Below are positions 62,892 to 64,000 of a stretch of 64,000 nt of DNA, piece after piece. Below the pieces are notes generated by a model, which saw only the letters and a program-made list of their open reading frames with translations, did not search any database and was not told the DNA's origin. A program made the position numbers and the translations under genes. Origin of the DNA: Halocafeteria seosinensis (lineage: Eukaryota); contig LVLI01000415.1 of assembly GCA_001687465.1 (NCBI GenBank), forward strand, positions 1-64,000. Direction: 5' to 3'. Position 1 is the first letter of the stretch, and every line of letters begins with the position of its first letter.

Positions 62892-64000
62892 TTACCTTGG
62901 GGTAGGATGGCCGTTGGTCGCCTGATGCTTGTTCTGCATACCATTCCTATCAGGGACTGAGCTATCTATAGCTGCAGATTCCAAATTATCCGTAGAAACC
63001 GGACGACAGCGGCGTGCAAATTCTCCGGAACTAAGCGTTGTGGTAAACTGGTCAAGAATTGAATCTAGATCGGCCCTCACTCCCTCCATTGACGCCTGTC
63101 CTTGGCGCGCTTGCTCTATTTGCTCTTCAGAAGGAGGTGGCAAAATACTAACAAGGCTTAGTCGCTGACCAAGAGACGTAACAATGGTCGAATGAGAGCG
63201 ACCAATTTGCATTGTACTGGCGACGCTGGTGTCGTTGAGGGGAGCGCCGTTGCTTATGGGTAGGGATCTGGACCTGTACTCTTCACCCTGCAGCTCATGT
63301 TGTGCGTTCGGTATAGCGCTCGTTGGATACGTTGCCGCTTGTGCTTGATGGGTCTGCGATACCTCCGGGGACTGGACTGTCTCAGTCCGACTATGTGAGG
63401 AGGGGTCTGCATTTGCCGTAGTTTTCTTCGAAACATCGGCGGATGAGGCACTCCGGTATACCGTACTCGTCGTGGACGACCGTTCCGCACTTCCAGAGGC
63501 TGTTGAATCATTACTAGAGGAGCCACTGCTCCGATTAGATAATATAAGAGGGTCAAATTCTAGTCCAGGGAGCTGGACCGTAAACCGGTGTTCCGCCCGA
63601 GACCTTGACCTTGCTGCCCGGCGCTTTATCCGCCGACTCGAAGCGAATTCTGAGACGGCATGAGATGATTCTGATGCCGTTGAACTGATTGTGATAAATG
63701 AACGATATGACCCTTGATTATTCGATCTTTGGCTTCGGGAACGTCGGTGTTGTCGTCCATTTTCAGTCGTTGTTGAAGTTTCCACGTCATCCTCTTGCTC
63801 ATCCTCCACAAATGGTCCCTGTATTTCATAGTACCTAGCAAAGTAGTCCAGGTCATCGTACTTCCCATTATCTTGGCTTTCCGACGTTGTTTCCGTCGCG
63901 TTCAACAAAGGAGGCGAGACTAACTTCTTGGCGAAATTTGAAACTGGCTGTTGAAACGAGTTGGCCCAAGCCGCAAACGCCTGTTGAATGGTCGGAGTAC
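62892..64000 (-). CDS. Hypothetical Ser-rich protein, 5' end probably outside the window
   Basis: 338-aa ORF whose frame appears to stay open toward the window edge. It is low-complexity and no domain was recognised. Confidence 0.55.
   Translation of the reverse strand, partial: TPTIQQAFAAWANSFQQPVSNFAKKLVSPPLLNATETTSESQDNGKYDDLDYFARYYEIQGPFVEDEQEDDVETSTTTENGRQHRRSRSQRSNNQGSYRSFITISSTASESSHAVSEFASSRRIKRRAARSRSRAEHRFTVQLPGLEFDPLILSNRSSGSSSNDSTASGSAERSSTTSTVYRSASSADVSKKTTANADPSSHSRTETVQSPEVSQTHQAQAATYPTSAIPNAQHELQGEEYRSRSLPISNGAPLNDTSVASTMQIGRSHSTIVTSLGQRLSLVSILPPPSEEQIEQARQGQASMEGVRADLDSILDQFTTTLSSGEFARRCRPVSTDNLESAAIDSSVPDRNGMQNKHQATNGHPTPR

Noticed and set aside
1..64000. Prokaryotic operon, CRISPR, tRNA or rRNA features
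   Set aside because: Spliceosomal introns and eukaryotic gene families occur throughout, and I saw no such RNA genes or arrays by eye.

Overview
Gene-dense eukaryotic nuclear DNA, probably from a protist (stramenopile-like is only a guess). It has short GT-AG introns of about 55-90 nt and very tight convergent gene spacing. Recognisable genes are LRRC40, Yippee/YPEL, an unusual ATAD3-like AAA ATPase, an AGTRAP-like membrane protein, DDX54/DBP10, MESD, a Tudor-knot/PWWP/TFIIS-N chromatin protein, an LC8-family dynein light chain, RsmH/METTL15, PARG, a YnjF-like CDP-alcohol phosphatidyltransferase, a full-size ABCG/PDR transporter, RAD9, and PROSER3-like and NDUFAF4-like genes. There is also a decayed RLE-type (CRE-like) non-LTR retrotransposon with a second small fragment of the same family. 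The most striking feature is a cluster of three leishmanolysin (GP63, M8) metalloproteases. Two tandem paralogs are each fused through a single TM to two consecutive tetraspanin-like 4-TM modules (about 9 TM in total), and the third has an EGF/Thr-rich stalk and one TM. The ATAD3-like protein carries an apparent signal peptide and a sequon-rich coiled coil, suggesting a non-mitochondrial location. All family calls come from motif recognition by eye, not database searches, and splice models are manual.
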